From: Candidatus Bathyarchaeota archaeon
Lineage (GTDB): Archaea > Thermoproteota > CALKCG01 > B24 > JAGTQN01
DNA length: 54,755 bases
Assembly (NCBI GenBank): GCA_018396395.1
Contig: JAGTQN010000001.1
Span: 1-54,755 of the forward strand
Direction: 5' to 3'
Shown: positions 36,539 to 46,787 of the stretch, in pieces
Layout of the letters: the number at the start of each line of letters is the position of its first letter
Position numbering within the stretch: position 1 is the stretch's first letter
Made by a program: the position numbers and the translations under genes
Notes under the pieces: generated by a model
What the model saw: only the letters and a program-made list of their open reading frames with translations
Databases searched by the model: none
Told to the model about the DNA's origin: nothing

Positions 36539-39500
36539 ATGAATATACGTGCTTTTGTTGTGAAAGCCTCTGACGATGGATTTTTCAGAGTTGAGGAAGC
36601 CATTCGATCAATCGGAGGAAAAGATGCACGAGTGAAGGTGAGCCTGTTCAAAGGTATCAACTTTCCCCTAACCTATCCAATCCCTTCCCGAATCGATGAA
36701 ACTGTTCAGGGATATGTAGGTTTAGGAGAATACGATATCGTCTCCCTGCTGGACGTAGATCCGGGCGTCCTCAGTCCTAAGGAATCTTTAAACTTGGTCG
36801 CCTATGTTGAGAACGGCGGCGGCCTTCTAATCACAGGCGGCCGCCACGCCTTAGGTAACGCAATAGGCTCTTATGAGGCTTTGAAAACCATCCTTCCAGT
36901 TTTTTTGGAAAAGAAGGAAGATGAGGTTAAGGTTGATACCCTCCCTGAAGTCTCCAAGGAGCACCCCATCGTTTATGGAATTCCCCTAGACAGAATTGGG
37001 AGGGTGACGGTCGTTCAACCAGTGATGCCTAAGCCTGACGCCGTAGTCATCCTTAAGGCATCAGGTTACCCCCTCCTCACAGTCTGGGAGCATGGCAAAG
37101 GAAGGGTAGCTGTCCTGTCGACTTACCCCCTCTTCCCCCGCAAGGGAAGGATGCTCATGGAAAAGGAGCTTTTCTTCGCAACCGACTTCTACGATGACTT
37201 ATTGAGGCAGCTTCTCATGTGGCTATCGCGGCGAGACGATAATCTCCTAATTAAGGAATTCTCATGCTCTCCAAGTAGAATCTTCCTAGGGAATCGGATA
37301 GTTGCCAATGCTGTCCTTTCCAGCGAAAAGTCTTCAAAACTTCGGGTGAGGTTCTCCGTTGGGAAGGAAGGCGAACTCTTGGCAGAGGAAGAACGAAGCA
37401 TTATGATCGAAGGTCCAATGAAGCTATCCTTTTCCTATGCCACAGAAGCTCTGCCAAACCTTTCTGGCTTTTTGGAGGCGAAGCTCGAGGTTCTGGAAGA
37501 TGATGGGAAGACTTTAAACCATAGGGACTGGACTGTCGAAGCAAGGAACAGGACGAGGCTTAGTCTCGAGATCGTTTCAAGGAAAGCTGTTGTGGCGCCG
37601 GGTTCATCGCTACAATTAAGCCTTCAAGCAGTTTCGGATGAGGAGGCCCCACCCGCGGAGCTTGAGGCGAAAGTGAAGATCATCGATTTCAGAGGTAAGA
37701 TCGTGTATGAATTCCCTTCCACAAAGATCTCTCTGAGAGATGGTACCTATGGAAGGGCGTCCATTAGCTACGATGTGCCGAACCTAGCCAAGGGAAGGTA
37801 TGAGCTTATCTACGAGCTTATTTCCCACGAGAGATTGGTAGATACTGGTCGGAAGCCTTTTCTGATAGTCGATCCTTTGGATTATGAGGACTTCTATCCT
37901 ATCATCGGAGAAGCCTGGGCCTTCTTCGATGAGGGAATGATAAAAGAATGGATTGAGGATACCATGGCCCATGGCTTCAACACGGTTGCCTTCGGAGGCG
38001 ATGGGATAGGGGATTATCATTGGGAGAAGGAGTATGATTGGGATAGGCTCCAGAACTTCGCAGAAGCCTACTCCCAAGAAAAAGGTTTGGCAGTAGCCAT
38101 CAACTACAGCCTCCTCATCGACTGCCGTAGAGATAGGCCGCCCACGGTCTGCGTGAACAACCCTGACTTTGAAAAGGCGGAGAAGGATTTACTTCTCCGG
38201 CAATTGAATGTAGCAGCGAAAATCCCGAGACTTTACGCCGTTGAGACAGTGGATGAACCCCTTGTTTCGCCAGATTCCGTATGCTACTGCCAATTTTGCA
38301 AGGAGGGATTCCAGAGGAAGTATGGATTAGAAATGCCAATTATGAGTAGGATAAGGGATTACGATGTCGAAACCCGTCTGAAGCTGTACGAATGGCTCAG
38401 CGACTACTGGGCGAAGGGCTTCAGGACGATGTACGAGCTGAAGCGTCAAGCAGGCTTTAGGTTCAATCTTGCCCATACTTTCTGCCAACTCTCCTTCGGA
38501 ACCTTTTGCCCAGAATACTACTATAGAGACAGCTTCGCTTGGGCACCCTACTGCGATATCCTCGACTTCGACGTATATCCATACATGTATCCTATGTGGA
38601 GGGGCTCTGAAAGGCTTAGGTTCCATGCGCTTCATTACCATCTGAGTGCCCACAAGGCCCTCACAAGGTTCTACGGCAAACCTCTTGGATTCTTCGTAGA
38701 GACTACGGAGCGCAACTATCCTATGTATATTCCGCCTGTAAAGGCAAGCAGCGAAATTGCCTACACGGCCATTGCCCACGGTGTCAACTACCTGAAGACT
38801 TTCATAAACGTCCCGTTCACGGGTCCTCCTTCCAACAATGGTCCGAGTGAGGCAAGGTGGGATCAGTTTGGTGAGGAATTGAGGAAGATCAATGCCGTCA
38901 GCCCCCTCTTTACGAAGTGCAAGAAGACTAGGCCACGCTTCGCCATGCTTTTCGCCTTCTCAGACTGGCTACTCAACCATTATCATGCGCCCGGAATGGA
39001 GCGCGGCTGGCCAAAGCATATGGAGGACAGGCCCCTGAACAGGGTTTTTCCTTTCGAGTACACGCCTTGGAATATCTATGAAGCATGTTTCAGGGCCTTC
39101 GGAGAGCTGGAGGTCCTTCATGAAAAGCTCGTCGATGCGGGCGAGCTAAGGAATTATAAAGCTCTAGTCCTCTCCCGCATGAAATTTATACCTGACTCGG
39201 TGGCCGAAGCCATTAAGAGCTTCGTCTCTGAAGGTGGCATCCTCATCTTTGATGGAATACCATCCTTCAACCAGAGGGGAGAGGAGAGGGCATCCCTTGC
39301 TGAACTCGTAGGAGGGGAAGTCGTCGAGTTGAAGGAGGGCTTAGAGGCTAGGAAGGGGATTTATGGGAAGGGAAGGACCCTTTTCTTCAACTTCGATTTT
39401 GACGATGTCTACAGCTCTGCCGTCGAGAGAGGAGACGAGGACCTTATGCGATACCTTGAGAGGATTATCAGGGACTTCCTGTTCAGGGAAGGGCTGAGGC

Positions 39501-40063
39501 CGAATGTTCACTCCACGAACCCTGAGGTCGAGGCTGGCCTCTGGGAAGGTCGAAATACTCTAATCCTCGTTCTTGTCAACCACAGTAGCAAAAGGGAGGA
39601 GTCAAGCCTTACTATCTATAAGCCTGCATTCTTGCCAAACTACGCGTATGATGTTGCCAACCTTGAGGAGATATCCTTTAGGGTAGAGGATGGTGACATT
39701 AAGCTAAACGTAAGGCTAGAGGAAAGGGAGGGAAGGATCGTTGCCTTCTATCCAGAAAGGGTTTTTGGAAACAGAATAGAGGTGGAAACGATGCAGGTAA
39801 AAAGGGGTGAAGATTTATGCTATAGGATCATTGTTGAAGGCCAGAACTGCAATCCCGCGAAAGGACACCATGTTATAGAGGTGACCGTATCGGATCCGGA
39901 GGGAAGGTTCCTAGCACGCTATGGAGGGTTGCATTCCACAACGGACGGAGTATATGAGAAGCGAATACCATTGGCTATAAATGAGCTTGAAGGCATCTGG
40001 ACCATAACGGCCTACGAGAGGTATACGAGGCGAAGGAGTAGAGCTCAATTTCGCGTCGTCTAG
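36539..40063 (+). CDS. Multidomain protein: GATase1-like domain, Ig-like domains, GH42-like TIM barrel and beta-galactosidase trimerisation-like domain
   Basis: YVENGGGLLITGG, GKGRVAV, HGFNTV, VDEP, CYCQFC, DVYPY and FVSEGGILI motifs; no signal peptide. Confidence 0.7.
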   Translation: MNIRAFVVKASDDGFFRVEEAIRSIGGKDARVKVSLFKGINFPLTYPIPSRIDETVQGYVGLGEYDIVSLLDVDPGVLSPKESLNLVAYVENGGGLLITGGRHALGNAIGSYEALKTILPVFLEKKEDEVKVDTLPEVSKEHPIVYGIPLDRIGRVTVVQPVMPKPDAVVILKASGYPLLTVWEHGKGRVAVLSTYPLFPRKGRMLMEKELFFATDFYDDLLRQLLMWLSRRDDNLLIKEFSCSPSRIFLGNRIVANAVLSSEKSSKLRVRFSVGKEGELLAEEERSIMIEGPMKLSFSYATEALPNLSGFLEAKLEVLEDDGKTLNHRDWTVEARNRTRLSLEIVSRKAVVAPGSSLQLSLQAVSDEEAPPAELEAKVKIIDFRGKIVYEFPSTKISLRDGTYGRASISYDVPNLAKGRYELIYELISHERLVDTGRKPFLIVDPLDYEDFYPIIGEAWAFFDEGMIKEWIEDTMAHGFNTVAFGGDGIGDYHWEKEYDWDRLQNFAEAYSQEKGLAVAINYSLLIDCRRDRPPTVCVNNPDFEKAEKDLLLRQLNVAAKIPRLYAVETVDEPLVSPDSVCYCQFCKEGFQRKYGLEMPIMSRIRDYDVETRLKLYEWLSDYWAKGFRTMYELKRQAGFRFNLAHTFCQLSFGTFCPEYYYRDSFAWAPYCDILDFDVYPYMYPMWRGSERLRFHALHYHLSAHKALTRFYGKPLGFFVETTERNYPMYIPPVKASSEIAYTAIAHGVNYLKTFINVPFTGPPSNNGPSEARWDQFGEELRKINAVSPLFTKCKKTRPRFAMLFAFSDWLLNHYHAPGMERGWPKHMEDRPLNRVFPFEYTPWNIYEACFRAFGELEVLHEKLVDAGELRNYKALVLSRMKFIPDSVAEAIKSFVSEGGILIFDGIPSFNQRGEERASLAELVGGEVVELKEGLEARKGIYGKGRTLFFNFDFDDVYSSAVERGDEDLMRYLERIIRDFLFREGLRPNVHSTNPEVEAGLWEGRNTLILVLVNHSSKREESSLTIYKPAFLPNYAYDVANLEEISFRVEDGDIKLNVRLEEREGRIVAFYPERVFGNRIEVETMQVKRGEDLCYRIIVEGQNCNPAKGHHVIEVTVSDPEGRFLARYGGLHSTTDGVYEKRIPLAINELEGIWTITAYERYTRRRSRAQFRVV

Positions 40064-40208
40064 TCCCTGCCTAAATATATCTTCCTTATGGAACGTGAAG
40101 TAAAAATGGTAATTGACATAATGAAAGCTTCCATATCCATTGAGGAAAAAGCAGTAGCCGAATTCATCCTTTTTTCTTACATCTCATTCCCATCTGATAG
40201 GATAGACC

Positions 40209-42176
40209 CTACGGTACATCCCTGAGGGCTTCAAGCAACTCCCTTAATACTTCAACTGGCGGTGGATGCAGACTCCCCGGTCTAAGCCAACCGTTGCCTA
40301 TGATTCCCTTTCCTTTCAGGCTTTCAACAAGCTTCCATCGAGCTTCGACAGCATCGAGGGCCTCTTTTAGGTAGTCCTTCAGCCTTTCCGAATGGGATAT
40401 GAGCATCTCCTTCCTACGAATGATGCCCTTGGCTATCTCCAGCCAATGCTCAGGATAACTGGGACCAGGTTGAAAATACACGAAGGGATCTATATAGAAT
40501 TCTGGAAGACCAAGGTCCTCGAGTTTCCTCAGGGCCCTTATGGCCTTTATGGTAGCTTCGTTGTAATCGAGTCCAAGCCTTAAGAAATCAAGCCTCTCCT
40601 TGACACGATCATCTTCCACCAATCGATAGGCTTCCTCAAGGTCTCGTCTGCAATCCTCTAGAAGGCCTGGCTTGTAGAAGGCGAGAAGTTGATGGTAAAG
40701 ATGCCGCGGCCCTAGTAGCCTCTCTGAGTCTATGAAGCCCTCCCTCTCCGTGGCTATCCTCCACGCCTCCATCAAGCGGTTGAAGTACTTCTCCACAGCC
40801 TTACCAGCCTTTCTGAAGGCTTTCGAATAGAAGTCTTGTAGGATCTCATCTAGGTCGAGGCTTGAGTCCCAGAGTAGCTTAGCTGCCACATAGTAGTTCA
40901 GCCCGTTTATCGCCCAGTCGTCCACCCATTGAGTGAAGTACATCCTAACACCCTCCTTATGCAGACGCTTTATAGAGGTATCTATAAGGGGTAGGATGAG
41001 GCGGAGCATCTCAGGCCAAGCGGCATTTATATAATATTCATAGATCATGATTCGACTCGCATCGTTATTAGCCGCCCTTATCCATCTTTTCAACCGCTCA
41101 AAGTCCAGCTCGCGCCTTGCGACATTCCAATGCCCGATGCAGGTCATCGTGTACCAGACCACAACGTTCTTGTGAAGACGAAGCCTCCTTGGCGGCTCCA
41201 CATAGTACCAATAAGCCAGCACTATGATGAGTTTGCCAGGATGAGTCTTCTCCAACTCTTCGGCGATCTGATTGGCGAAGATGAACACCCTATTCGTCAT
41301 GGACAGCCCACTCAACGGATCAGCAACAGGAAGGGGTGGGCGATTTGGCGTGTAAGTCTCTCCCGTATCTAACGCTCGACAGTTAGGGCACTCGCAAAAA
41401 CCAGGAGCATCCTCGGGACTCCAGTAGACCCCTGCGAGCTCTGGGTTCTCGTCAAGATACTTGCGAATTCGCTCTACGATAATCCTAAGAACTTCAGGAT
41501 TGCTTGTGCAAAGCTGAGGTTTCGGGGAACTCGTATCCCTCTTTCCTCCCCTTAGGGCGAAGTATTCTGGATGCGTTTCGGCAAACTCCTTATTCCAATC
41601 GAATTCCCAATCTCTTCCGAACTTTACGCTTCCACCAAGCTTGTTGGCTTTTGCCCATAGTTGCATGGACGGGTCTGTAGGCCATGATCCATAAGGCGAG
41701 GGACCCGTTCCTACATCCCGCACAACGAAACTGGGTTCATGACACTCATCAATCTCAGGAATGAGGATTGAACTAGTCTTAGGAACGATTTCCCAAAGCT
41801 CCCCTGGGAAGAACCATCTGATACCAAGATATTTTTCGAGAAAATGGAAGACAGAGAACTGCGTACCATCATCGTCCTTTCCCAGTAAGATAAGGTTCTC
41901 ACCGACGGTCTTGATTATGAAGCCTTCTTGCGCTATTTTTTCGAGGCTTATCACCAACTTCGATACAAATTCAGTATAACCTATATGTATGAGGTTTCCT
42001 TTGAGATCATCTCTATACGTTTGAATAGAAAGTCTCGCTCCCGTGGCCTTTTCGATGTATTTTTGCAATTGATAAGCAGCGAGTCTATCGGTCTCTCTGG
42101 GTTGAGAGGAAAGCACGATGGTAGCATTCGCAGAACCATCCTTTACGAGAAACATGAATAACCCATCTATATTCAA
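40209..42176 (-). CDS. DUF4838-like putative glycoside hydrolase
   Basis: AAYQLQKYIEKATGA, FLEKYLGIRW, HPEYFAL, QLCTSNP, CECPNC, YVAAKLLWD and FRKAGKAVEKYF motifs. Confidence 0.8.
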   Translation of the reverse strand: MNIDGLFMFLVKDGSANATIVLSSQPRETDRLAAYQLQKYIEKATGARLSIQTYRDDLKGNLIHIGYTEFVSKLVISLEKIAQEGFIIKTVGENLILLGKDDDGTQFSVFHFLEKYLGIRWFFPGELWEIVPKTSSILIPEIDECHEPSFVVRDVGTGPSPYGSWPTDPSMQLWAKANKLGGSVKFGRDWEFDWNKEFAETHPEYFALRGGKRDTSSPKPQLCTSNPEVLRIIVERIRKYLDENPELAGVYWSPEDAPGFCECPNCRALDTGETYTPNRPPLPVADPLSGLSMTNRVFIFANQIAEELEKTHPGKLIIVLAYWYYVEPPRRLRLHKNVVVWYTMTCIGHWNVARRELDFERLKRWIRAANNDASRIMIYEYYINAAWPEMLRLILPLIDTSIKRLHKEGVRMYFTQWVDDWAINGLNYYVAAKLLWDSSLDLDEILQDFYSKAFRKAGKAVEKYFNRLMEAWRIATEREGFIDSERLLGPRHLYHQLLAFYKPGLLEDCRRDLEEAYRLVEDDRVKERLDFLRLGLDYNEATIKAIRALRKLEDLGLPEFYIDPFVYFQPGPSYPEHWLEIAKGIIRRKEMLISHSERLKDYLKEALDAVEARWKLVESLKGKGIIGNGWLRPGSLHPPPVEVLRELLEALRDVP

Positions 42177-42421
42177 GCTTTAAGAGTTTTTAAACTTTTA
42201 GAAATAAATACTACGGGCTCTATCAAAGGGTCATAGGCTTTTTCACTTAAAGTATCTTTCAAAGAAATTGTTATCACTAGACTAGTTCTAAAGTTTCTTT
42301 ATAGTATTCTTTCCTTTTTTCTTATCCTACTTTTCAAAAAAATAGAAAAATGCTAGGAAGATTAAAATAATGTTTATTAAAAGTAAGAGATACTTAAGTG
42401 ACTAAAAAGAAAGGCTTGGCT

Positions 42422-43183
42422 TCAAAGTTCACCACACACGCAGAAAGCCTCATGGCAAAGGTCGTAGAGGGCTTCCATTCCATACCCTGTTTTAGCGGAG
42501 ACTGGAAGGATGAGGGATGATGCCTTCCAAACCTTTCCATGGATTCCCCAAAGGCCCAAAGCCAAGTCCGTCATGGCTCCAAGCCCTTCCTCGATGATGG
42601 CTTTTTCCATGGCTTTGGGATTCGAGATGAGGGTCTCAATTTTCTTCAGGGCAACCTCTGAAAGCATATCCACCTTATTCAGGACCGTGATGGTTGGAAT
42701 GCCAAGTCTTAGCTGGGTTGCCACCATGAGGGTTGAGGCGACAATGAGGTCCGTTGCCCTCCGGGCTAAGGAGGCATCCAGAACATACACAACAATGGGT
42801 CTTCCAATGCTTCCAAGGGCTTCAACAATCCTAGGGGCGGCCTCCCTGAAGACGAACATCTCCATCTGACCTGGTGTATCTAAAAGGACATGTTCCGCCT
42901 TGAGGCTTGAAAGGGCATTAAGAATTTCTTCAAGATGCTTCTCCATGAGTTCCGCTGCCCTTATCATGGCTCCATTTGGGCCAAGCCTTTCAGATTCCAT
43001 AATCTCGCCGATGGTGAAGAGTTTACGGATGTCAAAGTCGGGCTTAAAGGGAACGTATGTGCAGCCCGGATCAAGGTTTACGCAACCAACCGTGGCGCCC
43101 ATAGCCTCCATCATCCATTCAGCGAAAGAAGCTGTAAGGCTAGACTTTCCAGAGCCCGCCATTCCAACGAAGAGCACATACAA
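42422..43183 (-). CDS. GPN-loop GTPase
   Basis: GMAGSGKS, NLDPG, LGPNG, DTPGQ and NKVD motifs. Confidence 0.95.
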   Translation of the reverse strand: MYVLFVGMAGSGKSSLTASFAEWMMEAMGATVGCVNLDPGCTYVPFKPDFDIRKLFTIGEIMESERLGPNGAMIRAAELMEKHLEEILNALSSLKAEHVLLDTPGQMEMFVFREAAPRIVEALGSIGRPIVVYVLDASLARRATDLIVASTLMVATQLRLGIPTITVLNKVDMLSEVALKKIETLISNPKAMEKAIIEEGLGAMTDLALGLWGIHGKVWKASSLILPVSAKTGYGMEALYDLCHEAFCVCGEL

Positions 43184-43432
43184 TTCGACATTCCTCTAGG
43201 ACGATTGGGAATTTTCTATGGCTTAAAGTCAGCATTTCCTAACAGAGGGGAGCCTCCCCTAAAGGATTTTGACTAAAAAAGAAGGGAGGGGAGGGATGGT
43301 ATAGGAAACCCAAAATAGGTTCAGTCCCTTTCCTACTACCTTTCACTTATCTATCTATTCACTTCTTTTTTATAAGCTGGATCAAATCCTATATGCATCT
43401 CAAAGGCAGAGAAGGTTTCGTTTCCAAGGTGT

Positions 43433-44569
43433 ATGGACATGTATGATGTTCTATTGAAGGATGGTCTTCTGATAGATCCTTACCAAGGAATACAGGAAAA
43501 AATGGATGTAGCCATATCTGGCGGAAAAGTAGCGGCTTTAGAGCCTCATATAAGCGCCTCTGAAGGAAGGCGCCTTGTTGACGCCTCAGGGCAAATCGTC
43601 ACTCCTGGTTTGATAGATCTCCATGCCCATGTATGCCATGGCATCACTTATCTAAGCGTGGATCCAGAGGCATCCTGTCTTCTAAGGGGTTCCACGACTG
43701 TCGTAGATGCCGGGACGATAGGCGAACTCCTCTTCGAGGGCTTTAGACGATTCATTATAAACGCCTCGAGACCGAGGATATATGCCTTCCTGAATGTAGG
43801 CTCCTTGGGGCTTATCTACTACTTCAGGAAGCAGGAATGGGCTAAGCTGATTCCAGAACCTTCCATGACCCCCCTTTTCGTGAACCTTGAGGATGCTGCA
43901 AGGGTAATCGAGGCAAATAGGGATACGATCGTAGGCATTAAGTGGCACAGCACCTATGGATTGGATCCTGCCCTTCGTTTAGCTAGGGAACTAGCGGACA
44001 GAACTGGCTCTATCCTCATGTGTGAAAACCACCATCAGCCAAATGTCCTAAAGCAAATGAAGCCTGGGGATGTGGTAACCCATATCTTCCATGGGCTCCA
44101 TACTCAGGGGCTTCTTGACGAGGATGGAAAGGTAAGGCCGGAGTTCCATGAAGCCATAAAAAGGGGAATCGTCCTCGATGTCGGGCATGGGGTCGCTAGC
44201 TTCTCCTGGGAAGTCGCCGAGAAGGCGATGGAACAGGGTATAAAGCCCGACACGATAAGCACGGACCTTCACATAAGAAATGTCAATGGTCCTGTCTTTG
44301 ACCTACCGACTACGCTCTCTAAGTTCCTTCTTCTTGGACTTACGCTAGAGGAGGTCATAAGGGCTGCCACAGCCAAGCCCGCTGAAGTTCTTGGAAAAGC
44401 TGGTATCATCGGAACGTTGAAACCTGGAGCCGAGGGCGATGCGGTTGTCTTGAGGCTCGAAGAGGGGCACTTTTCCTTCATGGATACGAAGGGGGTTCAA
44501 AGAATCGGGAAGACCCGCCTCGTTCCGACGGTTACGGTAAGAGGAGGTGAGGTAATCCCACTACGTTAA
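43433..44569 (+). CDS. Amidohydrolase/deacetylase of the dihydroorotase-like metallohydrolase family
   Basis: PGLIDLHAH, VGIK, DVVTH, DVGHG and ISTDLH motifs. Confidence 0.9.
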   Translation: MDMYDVLLKDGLLIDPYQGIQEKMDVAISGGKVAALEPHISASEGRRLVDASGQIVTPGLIDLHAHVCHGITYLSVDPEASCLLRGSTTVVDAGTIGELLFEGFRRFIINASRPRIYAFLNVGSLGLIYYFRKQEWAKLIPEPSMTPLFVNLEDAARVIEANRDTIVGIKWHSTYGLDPALRLARELADRTGSILMCENHHQPNVLKQMKPGDVVTHIFHGLHTQGLLDEDGKVRPEFHEAIKRGIVLDVGHGVASFSWEVAEKAMEQGIKPDTISTDLHIRNVNGPVFDLPTTLSKFLLLGLTLEEVIRAATAKPAEVLGKAGIIGTLKPGAEGDAVVLRLEEGHFSFMDTKGVQRIGKTRLVPTVTVRGGEVIPLR

Positions 44570-44590
44570 AGGCATAGGGGCATTAATGGT

Positions 44591-44661
44591 TGTAATTAAG
44601 ACACAAAATCCCTGATTAAGAGCGTTATTTTCTTTTTTCGTAGCTTTGTGTCTTAATTACA
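44591..44661. repeat. Perfect 17-bp inverted repeat pair
   Basis: TGTAATTAAGACACAAA (44591-44607) and TTTGTGTCTTAATTACA (44645-44661), 37-nt spacer. Confidence 0.85.
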
Positions 44662-44789
44662 TCTCTTCATACTGTATAGTTATACTTTCGTATGAAAGTG
44701 AGAAGCTTCAATGAAAAATTTTCTCTAAGGAGCCAGTAGAATAAAAAATCCGTGAATAGGAATTAAGCCTACAAAGGCATTCTCTTCTT

Positions 44790-45710
44790 CTAGAACCAAC
44801 CGAGGGTCTCATCTTTTTTAGCTCTTTTTAGGCCCCATCTAAAGGTTTTATAGCCGATTGGGAAGAGAATTAAAGCGAAGGCAGAACCCTTTAAGAATTC
44901 TAATAGAATTTGAAGATCTGCTATGGATGCTGCCTTAAGCATTGAGAGCCTCCAGAGATGATATACCCATGTCTGTGGCAAGAACCATGAAATTAATGAC
45001 ACTCCTGGAAGAAAGTTATCCAAGAACTGAACTGGAAATGACATTCCAGCAAGCAACTGCTGAAGCGTATTTATAGTCCATGTTATTGGATCCGTTGATT
45101 TTGTGATTAGCCTGAAACCTATGCTTATCATGGAGAGCCCGAGGAGGATCATGGCAGATATTATGAAGGCTAGAAGGATTGATAGGGATTAATTCTGAGG
45201 TTTATGTTGAACCAGAAGATTCCTATGAGTAGTTGCGGTACGAAGGTTATGAGCGAGAATATGTATGGTCAGGCTATCTGTCCGGCTACGAAGATTGGAA
45301 TCGGTATGCCCGTCTAATAATATTCTCTAGAGTCCATGGATTAAGTCTCCTTTCCAATCCATGGGCTATCGGCATAAAAAGGTTGCCTATAACCAAGCCA
45401 ACTACTAAAAAGGATATGTAGTCCCGTTTCATACTCGGGCACGGGTCTATTTCGATAGACGGCGTTTATTGCCCAGCTTAGTATCCCTATCACTATCGTT
45501 ATTAGCTGGGTTATAACTTGGGTCTTATATGTTCTCCAATCTCTAAAATCCCTCTTGGCAAAGGCCAATATTTGCCTTATAGATATCGATGAATCCAAAT
45601 TTTTAATCATGAAGTTTCCGTCCCCCTCTTACTAGGGTTATGAACACTTCCTCCAAACTAGGCTCATGATATTCTATATCCCTGTTTCTGAGGCCATGCT
45701 TATCGACAGA
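44790..45710 (-). pseudogene. ABC-2 exporter permease pseudogene plus C-terminal remnant of its ATPase
   Basis: Permease split over several frames (AFAKRDFRDW; LLAGMSFPV...LPQTW; AKKDETLGWF); upstream fragment HEPSLEEVFITLV is typical of ABC-2 ATPase C-termini. Confidence 0.8.
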
Positions 45711-45835
45711 AGGATCTCTCTCTGTATTGAGGTATGTTTAAAGGTTTTTGCTAAACGTTATTGAGACGAAGGCTCTGGCTACACCTTGCGCTCCACGAAA
45801 AAATGCCCGAACGGCTTACCATGGCAATGTTTGTT

Positions 45836-46324
45836 TCATAGGGCCCTTAGCTTCTTAACGAAGGTTTTTACGTCCTCCACATTTCCCTTAACCATAGAAG
45901 GTGGCAACCAGTTTTCATAGAAGTTTTGGTGCAACATCCCAGCCGATTGCCAGAGCCTTCTGAGTTCAGTATCTCCTGTCTCCTCCACCAGCTTGGCTAG
46001 GAACCCATGGAGCTCCCTATGGCTACGCAACCTTTCACCCCTTTTAGCAGCTACGGCTTTTAAGGCCTGGGACGCTGCACCCCAAAACTTCTCTGACGAT
46101 TGAACATAATTACCCCTTCGTAGAAGCTCTTCACCTTCAGTCAAGTATTTCTCTGAAAGTTTTGTATGCACCTCCCATATGACCTCGGGGTCATCGATTT
46201 CGAAATGGGATAATATGGCTTCGATCGCCAGATTCTCTAGGCTTACATCCAGCTCCCTAGATTTCTTTACTAGGCATTCCACGACCTTACTCGGAAGCTC
46301 TATTGTAACGCTCATCAACTCCAT
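45836..46324 (-). CDS. PaREP1-family (HEPN-like) protein
   Basis: QSSEKFWGAASQALKAVA, LRSHREL and LHQNFYE motifs. Confidence 0.88.
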   Translation of the reverse strand: MELMSVTIELPSKVVECLVKKSRELDVSLENLAIEAILSHFEIDDPEVIWEVHTKLSEKYLTEGEELLRRGNYVQSSEKFWGAASQALKAVAAKRGERLRSHRELHGFLAKLVEETGDTELRRLWQSAGMLHQNFYENWLPPSMVKGNVEDVKTFVKKLRAL

Positions 46325-46787
46325 CTATAGAGTCATGCCTAAATTAAATTTATACCACGGTTCACGCGGGTAGGAAGACTTGCAACTCTAGGCTCTTATC
46401 ATCCTTATGGCTAGAAGCCTAGAGCAAGCCTACAAGCTCCATAAGTTTTCATAAAATACACCAAAGTTTTAGCTAAGTCGGAGACTAAAAACCTGTAGGA
46501 CTAACAACAAACTCTTTCATGAAGGGCGATAGCCTATTTCATTTCATACAACGCCAAGACGGGTAAATCGTTATTAAAAAGATTCGAACTCAATTGGGTT
46601 GGAATATCCATGCCTCCAAACTTTAAGAGGAAAGGTGTAAGCAATGTCTATACAATGCTATCTCCGTAAAAGGAACGATTATTTACTTTAAGTCTTCGAC
46701 TATTCGCTTTCTTAGCCCCTCTTATCAAAACCAATCGTTATTATTTTATTTTATTCCCTAGTTTTGCCTTCCTCTAGCCTGAGGATA

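Noticed and set aside
42245..42400. Imperfect inverted repeat CACTTAAAGTATCT / AGATACTTAAGTG
   Set aside because: Short, gapped, in very AT-rich DNA and without a TSD.
46325..46787. Long intergenic region with TGTAGGACTAACAAC and partial inverted repeats (possible IS end)
   Set aside because: No matching second end or coding remnant recognised.
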